Source of the DNA: Balanoglossus misakiensis
Taxonomy: Eukaryota; Animalia; Hemichordata
DNA: 64,000 nt
Assembly: GCA_040954595.2 (NCBI GenBank)
Contig: CM082588.2
Location: 8,044,844 to 8,108,843, forward strand
Direction of reading: 5' to 3'
Under the pieces are notes generated by a model. That model worked only from the letters and a program-made list of their open reading frames with translations, made no database searches and was not told the DNA's origin. The position numbers and the translations under genes are program-made. Numbering within the stretch: the first letter of the stretch is position 1; each line of letters begins with the position of its first letter. Shown piece by piece: positions 19,124 through 31,396 of this stretch.

Positions 19124-21254
19124 ATGGATCAGTTCCGTGGTTTACCCATTGGTTTAAGCAGAGACCATTATAATGAAGGCTATTCTGTGTTTTTAAAGAA
19201 TCACATTGATTTCACTGGTGGTCAGCAACTTACTATTTTCCGAGATAAACTTGAGGATGTCAATGTCCATGATAATTCCGTATTAAGAGTTCTGGCAATC
19301 GGCACATCAGACGGTAGGTATAATAGCCATTGGGAACATCTTTTTACAAATAGGCATCCTCCTTGTTAGCAGCTGAGGGCCAAACTATTGAGCTTACTGT
19401 TTGTTTTGTCAGTTGAGCCAAGAGTTTGACTTTTACATTTTTTGTTAAAGGTCACCTTTTATCCACATTTTCAACAAAGTGAGTCTTTCAGCATCACCAT
19501 TGACTTTCTGTGATGGTGTATGTTTGTCATGTCTTTATATAGCTGTTCATCGCAACTAGTCACTGGAAAATTATTAGTGTTATTGCTGTCATTGATAATT
19601 TTAATCAAAATAATTCCTATTTGACATACGGACGAATGCCATTTTCCTCAAAACTAACAGGGCACAGTGATATTGAGGTCATCAACCATCTGACCAGTAA
19701 ATTCAAGCTCATGAGGTATGTCATTGTGGAACCTTCAGAATGGGCGGTTCAGAAGTTCAAAGATTTGGCCGCATCAAAACAGGAAGAAGGTCTTTGGAAA
19801 GGTGTTAGTTTCGAGTTCCATGCAACTACTATAGAAGAATACCTTAAAGAGATTAGAGGAGATGGAAATCACTGCAAGTACCATGTGATTCATGCACAGC
19901 AATGTGCTTACTTCTTTCAACCCCATGTATATGAAGATCTGAACCAACTGCTGAACAATGGAGGAATGTTCTTCTACACCATGCGTGCAGGTAGACATTT
20001 GACATTTCTGTATTTTCAAATAGTTTTATATTATTTCTGTGATTGCAAAAAAGACATTTATAAGGAAACCAAGACGTTTGCAAAATGCATATTTAGCACA
20101 CTTGGGCTAATATTCTACCAATGTGTGTCTGTCTGTCTGTCTGTCCACAAGTGTGCGTCAAACTGTCTGTCTGTTAACACAATATCTCAAGAACGGCTAT
20201 CACATCAAATTTGGTACACTGAGGTTCAGGTTAAGAATGGCGAGAACAGACGTTTAATTGTTTTACAAATGCCTAAGTATTTCCAAATAATGTTGATTTT
20301 ACAATGACAAACGCTTTGCTTTAGACTGATGAGAATCATGTACATGGAAGTTTGTGTGGACAATGTAAGCAAGTACAATATGTCAGTACAAGATATTTAC
20401 CTATAGAAAATCAATGACACTGTAGAAGAAAAAACACTACCGGTTTATCAGATACGTTTTATTTTATTGGTCTTTTCTGTAAATTCACTGATAAGATCCT
20501 TTGGGTAAAACCTACCCTGTACCAGGACATGTAGCAATTTCATGATCTGATAAGAGTTGCTAGATAAAATGCATATTCATTTCACATCTGGTTCCACCTG
20601 TTGGCAGGTGGAAACGTTGGATGATATATGTACTGATTAGTCTTTGCAACATCCGTGTTTGTCATTTCCTCACCAGCAATTGACTTCTGAGGAAAAAAAC
20701 TTCATATCTTCAGTGAATACTTCTCTGGTTTGAGGCATACTTAATTTAGCAATGGCTTTATCTTCTACGGTGGTCTGACCCCATCTACCCCTCCACATGT
20801 TGTGTAATTAGCATTACAATGTACAACAGATTCAGAGATTACTGGTTCGATCATACGGTATTTTTACGAAATCGATCATAACCAATCAGTGAGACTTTCC
20901 ACCATGTTCGCAGGTACTGGTGAGAAACTGGTCCAAGGTTTGGCAAAATTTACTCCAGTTCGCAACTGTAGTGGTTCAGCTGCTCTTCTGGCAATAATAC
21001 GTCATCAACTCCCGGATGCAGAGATTACGACATCTTACAGAAAGTGTGGAGTAAAAGCTGATGAATGCTTCAACGGTACTGAAGATGGAAATAAGCTAAT
21101 TGATTTCTACACTCTGGTACCAAACTTCCGAAAACACGCTTCTGAAGATGTCGTCAGCGAATTGTTGACCTTCCTGAAGAATATCTCGTATGACGTCGAT
21201 GGCCATTTATACCTGTCAGCTGATTATGAAGAAATTGTTATCATGAAAGCTTAG
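19124..21254 (+). CDS. HNMT: Histamine N-methyltransferase-like SAM-dependent methyltransferase, 3 exons, 286 aa
   Basis: Exons 19124-19313, 19661-19990, 20914-21254 splice in frame (861 nt). Motifs LRVLAIGTSDG, YVIVEPS, FEFHATTIEEY, YHVIHAQQCAY, LLNNGGMF, ECF..TEDGNKLIDFYT parallel HNMT. Confidence 0.85.
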
Positions 21255-21670
21255 GGAAGAGTGGGACATACCAGTATGCCATGCACCATTGCAGTTAATT
21301 TGCTTTCGATATACTGGTATTAGCTTCGTACATGTATATTACCACACGTTTCCATATAATGCCCTGATGGCCCACTGACTCATTAAATATGCATGTTTGA
21401 TGAATACGAAAAAGAAACTGCAAAGTCTCTCTTTAATCCTCTAAAACCTACATGTATTTTAGGTCAATATAATCTCTAACATTTTTCGGTATTGTATCAG
21501 TAATTACTAGAGATAAAGCACGTAGCTCGTCTCACGCGCATGCGTGTAACTTCCCAGCAAATTTTCCGTTCGGTGCATTCAAATAGTGGACTGCCTCCGC
21601 TTCCTTCCATATTTCATGCGCACCGTATAACCGTGACTTATAAAATATATTTATATGGTATCCTTTTAAT

Positions 21671-21806
21671 TTGCTCTTTTACTTCAGATGTCACCATCTT
21701 CCATGAGTTGCCAAGGGAGTAAAGAAGTGTGACAAGAGCTCTTTGAAAGCCCCTTTCCATCACCGTGCACGGCATTTATTTGTTCCAAACGCCACATTAT
21801 CTTTAA

Positions 21807-21841
<35 letters not shown>

Positions 21842-23089
21842 ATTATTATTTACTTATTTGTTCCAAATGCCACAAGCATTGCAACATTTAGAAAGCTGAA
21901 GACCCTTCTGAAGACAAAGTTTAGTTCTGAAGGATCCAGTAATCGGAGACAAGAAAACAACGTTTATGCCAGCTTCATTTCATATATGAGGCAAGTATTT
22001 TTGCAGGCATAAAACACAAAAGGTAGATTCTATATGTACATGTACGTAAGTAAGTTTGTATGTATCTATAAATGTTTGTTTGTTTGTCTGTCTGTTTACC
22101 ATTTCTATTACAAACCCTTTCCTCTATTACTTGTCACATTGCTTTCAAATTTAAATGGCATGTTCCCAGGCCTGGTTAAATGAAGGTCCTTCTTGTTTGT
22201 GTTTGTATGAACAATTCCTTGTCATTTTTGGTCAAAAAAACAATTTCTCTAGAACCACTCGTCAGATTACGACACTCGATAGGCAAGTTAATTTTCTCTT
22301 CATTTCTGTATTTATAATATCGGGAATTTTTCTTTTCAGACAGCCCACAATCACAATACATTCATTTACATGCACAAAGTGCCCTCACTCAAAACCTTTA
22401 AATAGCCAAGTTCACTACCATCTGCATGTCATATAAATTACCATCCAACATCGATTCATAAACACTAGGTATATAAGCACTCCATTTCTTTCAACAACAC
22501 AATTCTCTGTATTACTCACTTTCCAATGAGACATGTATTTATTTCACAAGACCCTGTACCATTCTGTCCGCAGACCACCTGAAGAAGTCCGAGTTTTCAG
22601 ACGAAACGTTGTGCTCCGATAAAGTTGAACAGTGACAACCAGAACACAGTGCAGTGTGTAAATTATTCCGCTCTGTATTTATAATGGTTAGGTCATGTCT
22701 GCTAATAACTATAACCAATTTCATCCGCATGTGATTTTTTTTCTGTTTTTTGTTTCAGTTTCAGATTTTTCCGAGTATTTCCATTAGTGTTTTTTTTTCT
22801 TGAATACCTGTATATGGACTTTTATTTTAAAAAGTCTAAAATAAAATATTATTATTATGTCATATTTCTGTACAATCCCTGAATGGGACCAAAGTGTCCT
22901 TGACGCTGTTTTTATATTTTCTCTCATCAATTTAGGTGGTAGAAGATGTGAAGGTGACATTACACTGAATCACATACTAAAATTTGTCACATGTGACTAC
23001 GATGAACCTATTCTGGGATATACAGAAGGTCCAGCAATTGAATTTTATGAAACAAACAGTTCATCATTCCTGCCAACAGCCAACACATG
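21671..23089 (+). repeat. ~1.4-kb direct repeat, copy 2
   Basis: Same order of blocks as 15488-16839, with small indels and an expanded (TTA)n. Confidence 0.9.
22573..22616 (+). ncRNA. Minimal type I hammerhead ribozyme, second copy
   Basis: gaccac-CTGAAGA-a-GTCCGA gttt TCAGAC-GAAAC-GTT-gtgctc; one stem II mismatch, core intact. Confidence 0.7.
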
Positions 23090-23165
23090 TATCAATATGC
23101 TGAAGCTGCCAAGAGAAGAGGTACCCATGACAATCCTCTCCCTGAACTCTCATCTGGGTCTTTAA
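22936..23165 (+). pseudogene. HECT E3 ligase C-lobe fragment (G2E3-like)
   Basis: ILKFVT..EPILGY..PAIEF..FLPTANTCINMLKLP matches the HECT catalytic LPxAxTCxNxLxLP motif. Confidence 0.7.
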
Positions 23166-24702
23166 CAGAGTTGCTACAGAGACATCATAACAGTCATAAT
23201 CACTGGGTAACGTCAAGTAATTTTACTGATAAAGTGCAGATATTTGATAGAAGATTTAACGAACAAATACCCGATGAACTACTTGACCGGGTTGCACAAT
23301 ATACAATGTTAATTTTAATAGACATCAAAATTCTGTTGAAAGTCTGTCACTACAGTTTGGGCGCCAAACAATTTTTCGCCAAACCGGCATAGCTAGCTAG
23401 CATCATTGAACACATCACGACAGAAACTTTTTTCTTTATAAAAAAAAATCCATAACCATTCTATAGGTGTTTTGGCGTTCTCTTTGGAAGCGGCGAAACA
23501 ACAGTTATCAATCGTTTGGACCCCAGATTCGGGACCTGCAGACAAAATGTTTCGCCAGCTCAGCCAGCCAGAACTGAACTTCTGAAGCAAGAAAGTGTAC
23601 ATTGCATGCGCACTGTCCGTCACCATGGGAATGAAAATGCCGTGAGTCACGTGGCCAGATCAGAACGAGACTCAAATATTTTCCGTACGCGTGCGAAAAG
23701 ATCATCTTTCCGCACGCGTACAGAAAAGATTTGAGCGCTTTCCGCATTTACTGTCGCAATGGATTTGTGCATGGACTGCGATGATGCAGACGTGAGAAGA
23801 GTATTAGAAAATATAAAGAATGAAGGTGCCGAGTTCATTTGTGTATTCTGGGAAGATCAACAATTCGGGGTTATACCACACAGGGAAACCGTGCAACCTG
23901 TCCAGAGTCAACATCTGAAGTTTGGAGATCAAATAGATACGAAATATGGCAAAGAATGCTATAAAGCTATTTTCATCATGAAAGGTAAGATTATTAGGGG
24001 AACTGTTTAAATATTCAGGGGTGGAATTGATGGGCGATTTTGGCAGAAGTATTGTTAGCAGATGGTTCGGAGGAAATAAAATTCGTCTGCTAAAGTGTTA
24101 TGTGTAGAGGAAATACCTGTAACTATGGGATGGCAATCGAAAAAAATGCTGTTACAGCAGCTAAAACAAATATTGTTGACATAAAAAAAACAATCCCCCC
24201 AATAAATCAAATAATGCTCGCTTTACGTTTTGGTTGTTTCATGTTTTGCTGTAAAACCCTCTTGCAATTTCGACATGTCCAGTCACAGCACTGTTTCCCA
24301 CATCACTGTAACATGACTGTAAATAAATTGAGCTGTTACATGGTGGTGTACTGCATTTATATAGAATGACTGTGCAAAAATCTATGCTGTTACATGGTTG
24401 TAAATCACATGGCTGCCACAGGGTTGTGCTCCTCCTCACTTAGAGTTGATTACTTTCTTGCGATTGAAACTTTCAACAGTGACAGGTTATGCTCCGCAAT
24501 ATCTTTCTGACATGTTAACCTTCCGAAGTAGAATTCACTGATATCATACATGTGGAGGTATTTAAGGGTGTCGAAAAGACAACAGTGAGGGGCCAAAGTG
24601 CGGGACACGCACAATGCAATAAATGGCACTCTGCGGGAATACACGCACACTGCACAAGATGTGGGACTCTGCAGGACCCTTGGCTTTGATTACATTTGAA
24701 TT

Positions 24703-24828
24703 TCGAGGAGTTCGATCGTGTTTTTGACTGACATTTTCTACTTTCATGTTGCATTTCGAGGAGGTCGATCGTGTTTGACCGACATTTTCTACTTTCATGT
24801 TGCATTTCGAGGTCGATCGTGTTTTTGA
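24703..24828. repeat. Short tandem repeat, ~2.4 copies of ~53 bp
   Basis: TCGAGGAG.TCGATCGTGTTT(TT)GAC.GACATTTTCTACTTTCATGTTGCATT repeated. Confidence 0.8.
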
Positions 24829-26219
24829 GAACGTCCGACGACATTCGGGCGAATGATCGGGCGATCAACCGCCCACGATCGACAGTTTGAAGTTTGAAGA
24901 TAAGGAGCAGCAAGCAGAATTAGGGTCTGTCATTTTACTTTATCCATGCTGAGCTTCCGGACAGCTCAACAATTCATTATCCATCAATACTGACCCCGGG
25001 TGATGAAGTCAAAACATATATTGAGCTAACAGCTACAACAATTCAGTTTCCGGAAAAACCGACCACAAGCATTATCGATTTTAAAGTATGTTCCACAGCA
25101 CATTCCAAACAAATACTCGGATAGCTCGGAAAGTGACCTCTAGCTATGAAATCAATTAAGTGCGATTCTGCAGAATGTGGCTCTAAGGAAGGAAAAGGTA
25201 CAGAACGCAGCATACGTGATGTGTTAAAGACCAGTTTCTATACAGTTTGCTCTGAACATTTCGATGAGATGAAAGCTCAATGTGACCCAATTTTTTTGCA
25301 TGGAACGTGTACCAACAGGCGGAAACCCATACCGGTAGTGGTATCATACATGAATGAATCATTAGATTCAGTCTCACAAAACTATAACTGATATACATGT
25401 ACAAATGTATAATATTAGTGAGGATGAATTACTACGTAGAACTGGTGAACCAGAAAAACTTTGCCCATATACACTTAATGCAATGATGAGATGTGCAAAG
25501 AGCAATGTAAAGAATTTAAAAGAAGAACTACTGGCACGAAGCATCCCGGTTCACAAACAGTCCACGCTGACTTCGTCATTTACGAAGTTGTGTGAAGGTG
25601 AAATAAAAACATTCCATGCGGTACCTACATATGTTAACTTGCCTGAATGTTGGCAAAGGTTTGAGACAAGGAGGATGCATTAGATGTATTTCAACAACCA
25701 TGTTTACATCAATGCTGTGGCTCTTCAAGAAATTTTCTCTAGTTGTAAAACTTCACTGTGCTTTTTGCTCATACATGTATATGCACAAACACATGAAAAG
25801 CCATTCAGAAAATATGAAACACTGTACCGCTACAATACACATCAGTCATTGGCTACCGGTATATCATCTGGAGATCGTTTGAACGATGGTAAAGGGAAAG
25901 AACTAAACAAACAAACGGAAAAAGAAGTCAGAAAGCTTTTGGGAATACCATTTGAAGATCAGAGAAAGGAGGGAAACTTGACATCCACCACAACAGATTA
26001 AGCTGGAGTTCAACACCCAAAACTGACACATAATGGTCACACAAGTAAGCTTCTTATGGAACTCCAAAATTTAACCAGGACTGATTACTGTGATAAAGAT
26101 CTTGAGGCAATTAAAAGCATGGCCTCTATGATGTATGACATGTCTTTATTCTCTGAAGAAACCTTTTTTTGTGTTGAGCATTTTGAAGTACTACAAGGTT
26201 AGTAAAGTACTTGGGAATG

Positions 26220-26730
26220 ATCGTTGATGAGAAATTCTTCCATGGTCACCTTACTACTGGATTAGAATTGTCGTCATCAAACGCGTCTTTCCTGCAACCA
26301 TGGAATTTGGAACAAAACGTTGAATTACGCGATTGCAGTTTTGTCATCAACAGAACAGAAAAGAACCTTTGTTATCGCGAAGTTGCTTACAGATATATTT
26401 CGCCATGATGCTGGGATTTAATAACCCTGGCTGGCCTGATCTTGGCCGCAGCGCTACCCGCGGATGGAAAATTCATCAGTGGACATCTCACTACCGGATC
26501 AGAATTGTCATTATCAAACACGTTTGTCTGCAACCATGGAATTTGGAACAAAACGTTGGATACGCGATTGCAATGTTGTAGTCGTCAACAGAACACAAAC
26601 ACAGCTGATCGAAAGATGAAGTCTTATTGTTATACATCAGCTGCCCTGCTGGGATTTTTTTTATCCAGGCGAGTCTTGCGACTCGCGTCGACGGAAAATA
26701 TATAACCGGACACCTTACTACTGTTATTTT
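26220..26730 (+). repeat. Diverged tandem triplication, ~235-bp unit
   Basis: DEKFFHGHLTTG / DGKFISGHLTTG / DGKYITGHLTTV at ~26225, ~26462, ~26690; CTGCAACCATGGAATTTGGAACAAAACGTTG occurs twice. Confidence 0.7.
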
Positions 26731-28199
26731 ACTCCAAATACTATTCAAATATACTGCTTCCTCTCATTTACAGAACTTTCATTTTCTGGAGCGATTTTGC
26801 TTCCAACCGTATGAAAAGGGAACACTGTACTATGAACTGAAGTACAAAGCTGAAAGTATCCTGGCATTAATAGAAGTACATACTGTAGGGTTGTGAAAAG
26901 GTCATCACTGAGTGACAGAGTTCCCAAGACAGTTGGCATAATTTTGACTTGCCCTGACAGTCGTTGATTAAGGATCTAGAGGTTGATCAAATGGCTGGGG
27001 CACCAGATTAAAACATAATTTATTAAAATTGCAACATACAGCTGCAATCGGGCGGTTGGATTTTTTGTACCCTCCCAGCAGATAACTGGAACTGTTTCCA
27101 TGGTAACTTGGCTACTGAAGCCACCTTACGATGAGTGCATGTCTTCTGTGATTTGAAAAGGGGAGCCAATACTTTGTCCGTATCAGTGAGAACTCGGAAC
27201 AATTGTACATTATTTTAAGTGATGGAATTTTCTAGCAGAAAAAAAGTGGATCAATTATTGAGTATCCATTAAAAAAAGAAAATCAAGTTCATATCTACTT
27301 TCAAGCCTATCCATCTATAGTGTTTTCTCTTTCATAAAAAGCTTTCCTTTCATTTAAAATGGATAATTGTAAGTGGTGATGGAGAACATTCATGTTAATG
27401 AGTTAGTGACTTCTTTTATTGAAAAAAATATGGGAGATAGCAGGTTTGATAGCACAAGCAAGAAGAATATCAGAAGAGATCAAAGTACTTTGCGTGATAT
27501 TACAAATGTACTAGTATACTGATAGAATAGAAAAGAAAGTTTAACGGCCAAATATAGCTCCTTTGTTTTAAAGGGGTACACCAAAAGGTGCAGGTAGAAA
27601 ACCAAATTCAAGAAAGCAAAACCCAAAGAACATTACATTAGATCTGGAAAATAGCGAGGGCAAAATATCAATACCGAGTGTGAATTACATTTCAGACTTT
27701 TGAAATTAAAATCCTATATATATAATGAACAAAAAGACAAAAAAAGCATAAAAAAATACAAAATTTGTAATATATTGGTTTGACGAAAGAGCTAAGAACG
27801 GCTCTGCATTTGAATCGATACATTTACTTCCACCAATACTGGTAATTATTGTACTTATTAACTTTTTATGTATCTGTGACATGTATTTGTTTATTATACA
27901 TTTTTCTATGGGCCTGGAGCCCGATTCAAATTAAAATAATAATATAAGCAGGAAATCTGAACTTCGAAACTCCCCACATTCTGAACAATGGTACCCGTTC
28001 GATCAATGATTCTGGCTTTCCAAAAGATCTGGCTCCTGCCCCTGATCATTTATGATCGTGCACTGGGACAGGTCCAGAATCATTTGATCGGTACCATTAA
28101 TGGGATTTCAGTCAGTTCTCCGGCCAAGAAGATCGATCATGAACAAGACCAAACCACCGAGAGCCTGGTTCAACTGTATACAGTGTATGCTTTATCCCA

Positions 28200-28810
28200 A
28201 TCATTGCAGATTAGCGTTCCTGGGCTGAATGTTAAACGTTAGCATCAGTACAAGGATTTCTGATCCAAAATTTCCCAGAGGAGGAACAGTCCTTTACATG
28301 ACACCGGAAGTACAGGCACTGCCAAGGACATCTGGGCATTTGGCTGCAGTATGGTTGAGATAGTGACCCCTTGAGCCTCTCTTCATTTTTACCATTTTTT
28401 GTTTTTATGGACGAGGAGAGCGAGGGAACCAGGAAAGGGAATATGGAAAGGAAAGAAGGAAAAGAAAAGAAGTTGCCCAGAAGACTGGAGAGTTCCCGAA
28501 CTCGGTTCAGGGTGACGAAGAAAAACCAATAATGCCAGAAGTACTGGCCCTGAAACCACAGACCAGCACAGCCAAGGACATCTGGGCACTTGGCTGTAGC
28601 ATAGCAGAGATGGTCACCCTTGAGCCACCGTTCATTTATTCCAATCTAGATCTGGTGGTGACCATCACCAGGCGCTGCGTGGCCCAAGAGGAGGCCATTG
28701 TACCCCAGAACATCAGGGTACTACAGACGGGCCCAATTCAGGGATTTGTGTGCTGCCTGTTGCCACATGGACTCGTCTGGCAGACCCAGTGCCCAGGAGG
28801 TAGTCTCTAG
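28200..28810 (+). pseudogene. Ser/Thr kinase C-lobe remnants (two tandem copies) with an interposed acidic/basic segment
   Basis: GTVLYMTPEV (subdomain VIII) then TAKDIWAFGCSMVEIVT (IX) at ~28283-28368; MPEVL..STAKDIWALGCSIAEMVTLEPPF at 28532-28633; frameshifts, no N-lobe. Confidence 0.7.
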
Positions 28811-29502
28811 CCTCACCAACATCAAGATAGACTGAAAGACTACCAAGAAATCCGATGACATAAATCCGAGCGATCAAGCTAACCTTTGGTGTTTTTTAAC
28901 CAATTTGCCATCACGCGCAACTTTGATTTCTTTGTTAAAAAGAAAACGTAAAATATATTCAAGCTTGCAGCTGCAGTCGATAACATTAAAGATATGAACA
29001 AGGCATATCATATTGCTTGCAGAAAGTTTGTCATGTTGCAGTATGTCTGGGCTCTAAAAGTTCCTGTTTTTGGCATAGAAGTAAACAAAAAAGTTCCTGT
29101 GTTTTGGCAAAGAAATAAACAAAGAAGTTCCTGTTTTGGCAAAGAATAAAAAAAGTTTGTGTTTTGGCATAGCTTCTCCCATTTTTTTCAGTTTAGTTTT
29201 CTTTATCTCTTTTCAATGTTTTCTATTTGTCAATAAAACTATTTTTAAAAAATCTCCTGAGATTTTCTCTTGTAATGCATGTGGTCAGTGAATTAAGAAG
29301 ATCCTACATGGCAGTATTGACTGTTCACACTTCAAATCAGTATTAGACCTACTGATTTAAGTAAAAAAGTAAAATTTGGCAAAAATCACAACTTTTCATG
29401 CAATGCCACCTTAATAATTTGTTTTTATCACCAAAATTATGTAAAGTAAATAAATGTTCTTAGTAAATTTGTATTGTTAGAATGTACATGTTCAGTTTCT
29501 TC

Positions 29503-29548
29503 TATGTATGTATGTATGTATGTATGTATGTGTGTGTGTGTATATATG
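29503..29548. repeat. (TATG)n/(TG)n microsatellite
   Basis: tatgtatg...tgtgtgtg directly visible. Confidence 0.9.
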
Positions 29549-31219
29549 CGTGCATGCTTTTGAAACTAATAGTGCAGTGATATGACTGATAGTAAAGACC
29601 TGAGACAGATTGTACAAGGCCACACCAACATGGCTTCCTTAAGTACATGCACTCTGTATTAAAACCAGCAGAAACAAACAATAAAGCCAAACTGTTTCAA
29701 ACAAAAAAAATGGGCAACATTGTAACATTGGTATCCTTGAACCATGCCAATAAAAGTTCTCCAAAGCGTCGATTAATCAACCTAGCATACTGATAAAACA
29801 AAGGGGAGTTTGAAATGTAAGCCTAAGAGCGAGAAGATCGTATCAATGATAAACAGGTTGCCAATTGCGAATTTTGGTTATTTACGCTGCCTCATCAGGT
29901 TTTTTTTAGTCTACCAGGCTGTTCAAGGTCAAACTTGGCAGTTACTCATTTGTCGGGTCACTGAATAGAAGCCCTGGATATTTACACGTAATATTTTTGC
30001 TCCTGAAACTTTAGTAGTCTGCTCAGAACGGGGTAAAAAATGTTTATATGTACACGTGGAACTGCGTAGAATTTTTATGGCCGAATGACTGACACCACAT
30101 GTGAACAAGCGGATTAAATTCTACAGGGAATAAAATAAATTCATCACATCCGCTGCAGTACATCGGCTTGATATTATGATAAGTTTACATGCACAGCAAA
30201 TGCCCTGGCCTTCGATTTGATTAAAATCTCATGCAGGCTTGGCTAAATTCGGACGGACTACCACACTGGCACCGAGAGAGTCGAACACTCACAGAAAAAG
30301 AACGGAAAAGCCAAAATGATAAAACAACAAAGGTCACGGCGCGCGCGCGCCTAAATCTACATAAGATTTTTTCGCCCTAACCGAAATCTTAAACCATGAC
30401 TGAGTTTTTAAACTGTGACCAAAGACCATGTACTGATCTGACAAGTCAGATCCCGTGAGGAGTACGGTGCCCAGAGTACGTAGATCATTGGGTGGAGTAT
30501 AAAAAACAGTCAATTTTCAAAACCGAAACGTTACAGAGCAATGCGCCATTGATTGAGTGAAGCTGTCGCCGAGATTTTCACAAGCTTCCATCGAAAATTA
30601 AGTAGTCAGATGACCGACACTATAAGCCGGAGTGTTCGCAACGGTCGAGAAACCTCTGATATAGCCTCTTTGGTTAAATTCCGTGGAATAACCAGAGTCA
30701 ATATCGGATAACTGCCAATATATGCCCCGCATACCACGTGCAGCCGTTGACGTGGCGGTGTTTGACGCGGAACCACACCACCGCGCAATTGTTTACACGC
30801 ACAGTCAATATATTGCTTAGCGCGCTAGCTGTTTTGAGGGAAAATATAATATATTGCTTGTTAATAATACTACATTAGCGATCAGCTAACAACAAACACT
30901 ATTTCAATGCAATATTCTGTTACTAAAATAATAGTACTTCTATTTATCAACAACAAGGGCCCTAAAACGAAGAGGATTATTTATTTGAATGCGTCAGTAT
31001 ACTTTGAGGGACTAGGCGCTACACTAAAGTTACCTTCGTATTCGTATTCACATCCGAATTCATGTTCGTTTCGGATTCATGGACACAAGGCTGACTGTGT
31101 TGTGACACTACCCTCATACTTATGTTTCATTATAAACTTTTTGAAGTTAAATAATCACCAACACGTTATCCGCGACTTCTGGTTATAGTCGATATTTTGG
31201 TAGATAAACGGAGGCTCAG

Positions 31220-31305
31220 AAGCCACCATCTCGACCATACTGCAGCCAAGTGCCCAGATGTCCTTGGCAGTGCTATTTCAGCCTGAGGGACAGTACTTCC
31301 GGCAA
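31220..31305 (-). pseudogene. Third kinase subdomain VIII-IX remnant
   Basis: Reverse strand reads LPEVLSL.. then STAKDIWALGCSMVEMVA after a frameshift. Confidence 0.65.
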
Positions 31306-31396
31306 GCCACGGTTGATTTCTCCTTGTCTATTGCTTCAAGCTTCGTGGACTGAGTTCGGGGACTCTCCAGTCTTCTCCGTGTCCACGACGTTCCTT

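Larger units (their letters stand above)
23759..26896 (+). pseudogene. Degraded, probably transposon-borne gene(s) with AP-2-like helix-span-helix segment and SAMD3-like C-terminal segment
   Basis: Exon 23759-23984 with GT donor; 25405-25612 YNISEDELLRRTGEPEKL..TLNAMMRCAKS..LKEEL..FTKLCEGE; 26690-26810 VDGK..GHLTT..FKY..LQNFHFLERFCF; multiple stops and frameshifts. Confidence 0.5.

Noticed and set aside
15488-23089. Canonical LTR retrotransposon
   Set aside because: No TG..CA termini, PBS/PPT, TSD or gag-pol found between the repeats.
24703-26730. Short repeats as a CRISPR-like array
   Set aside because: Units are contiguous with no unique spacers; eukaryotic context with no cas genes.
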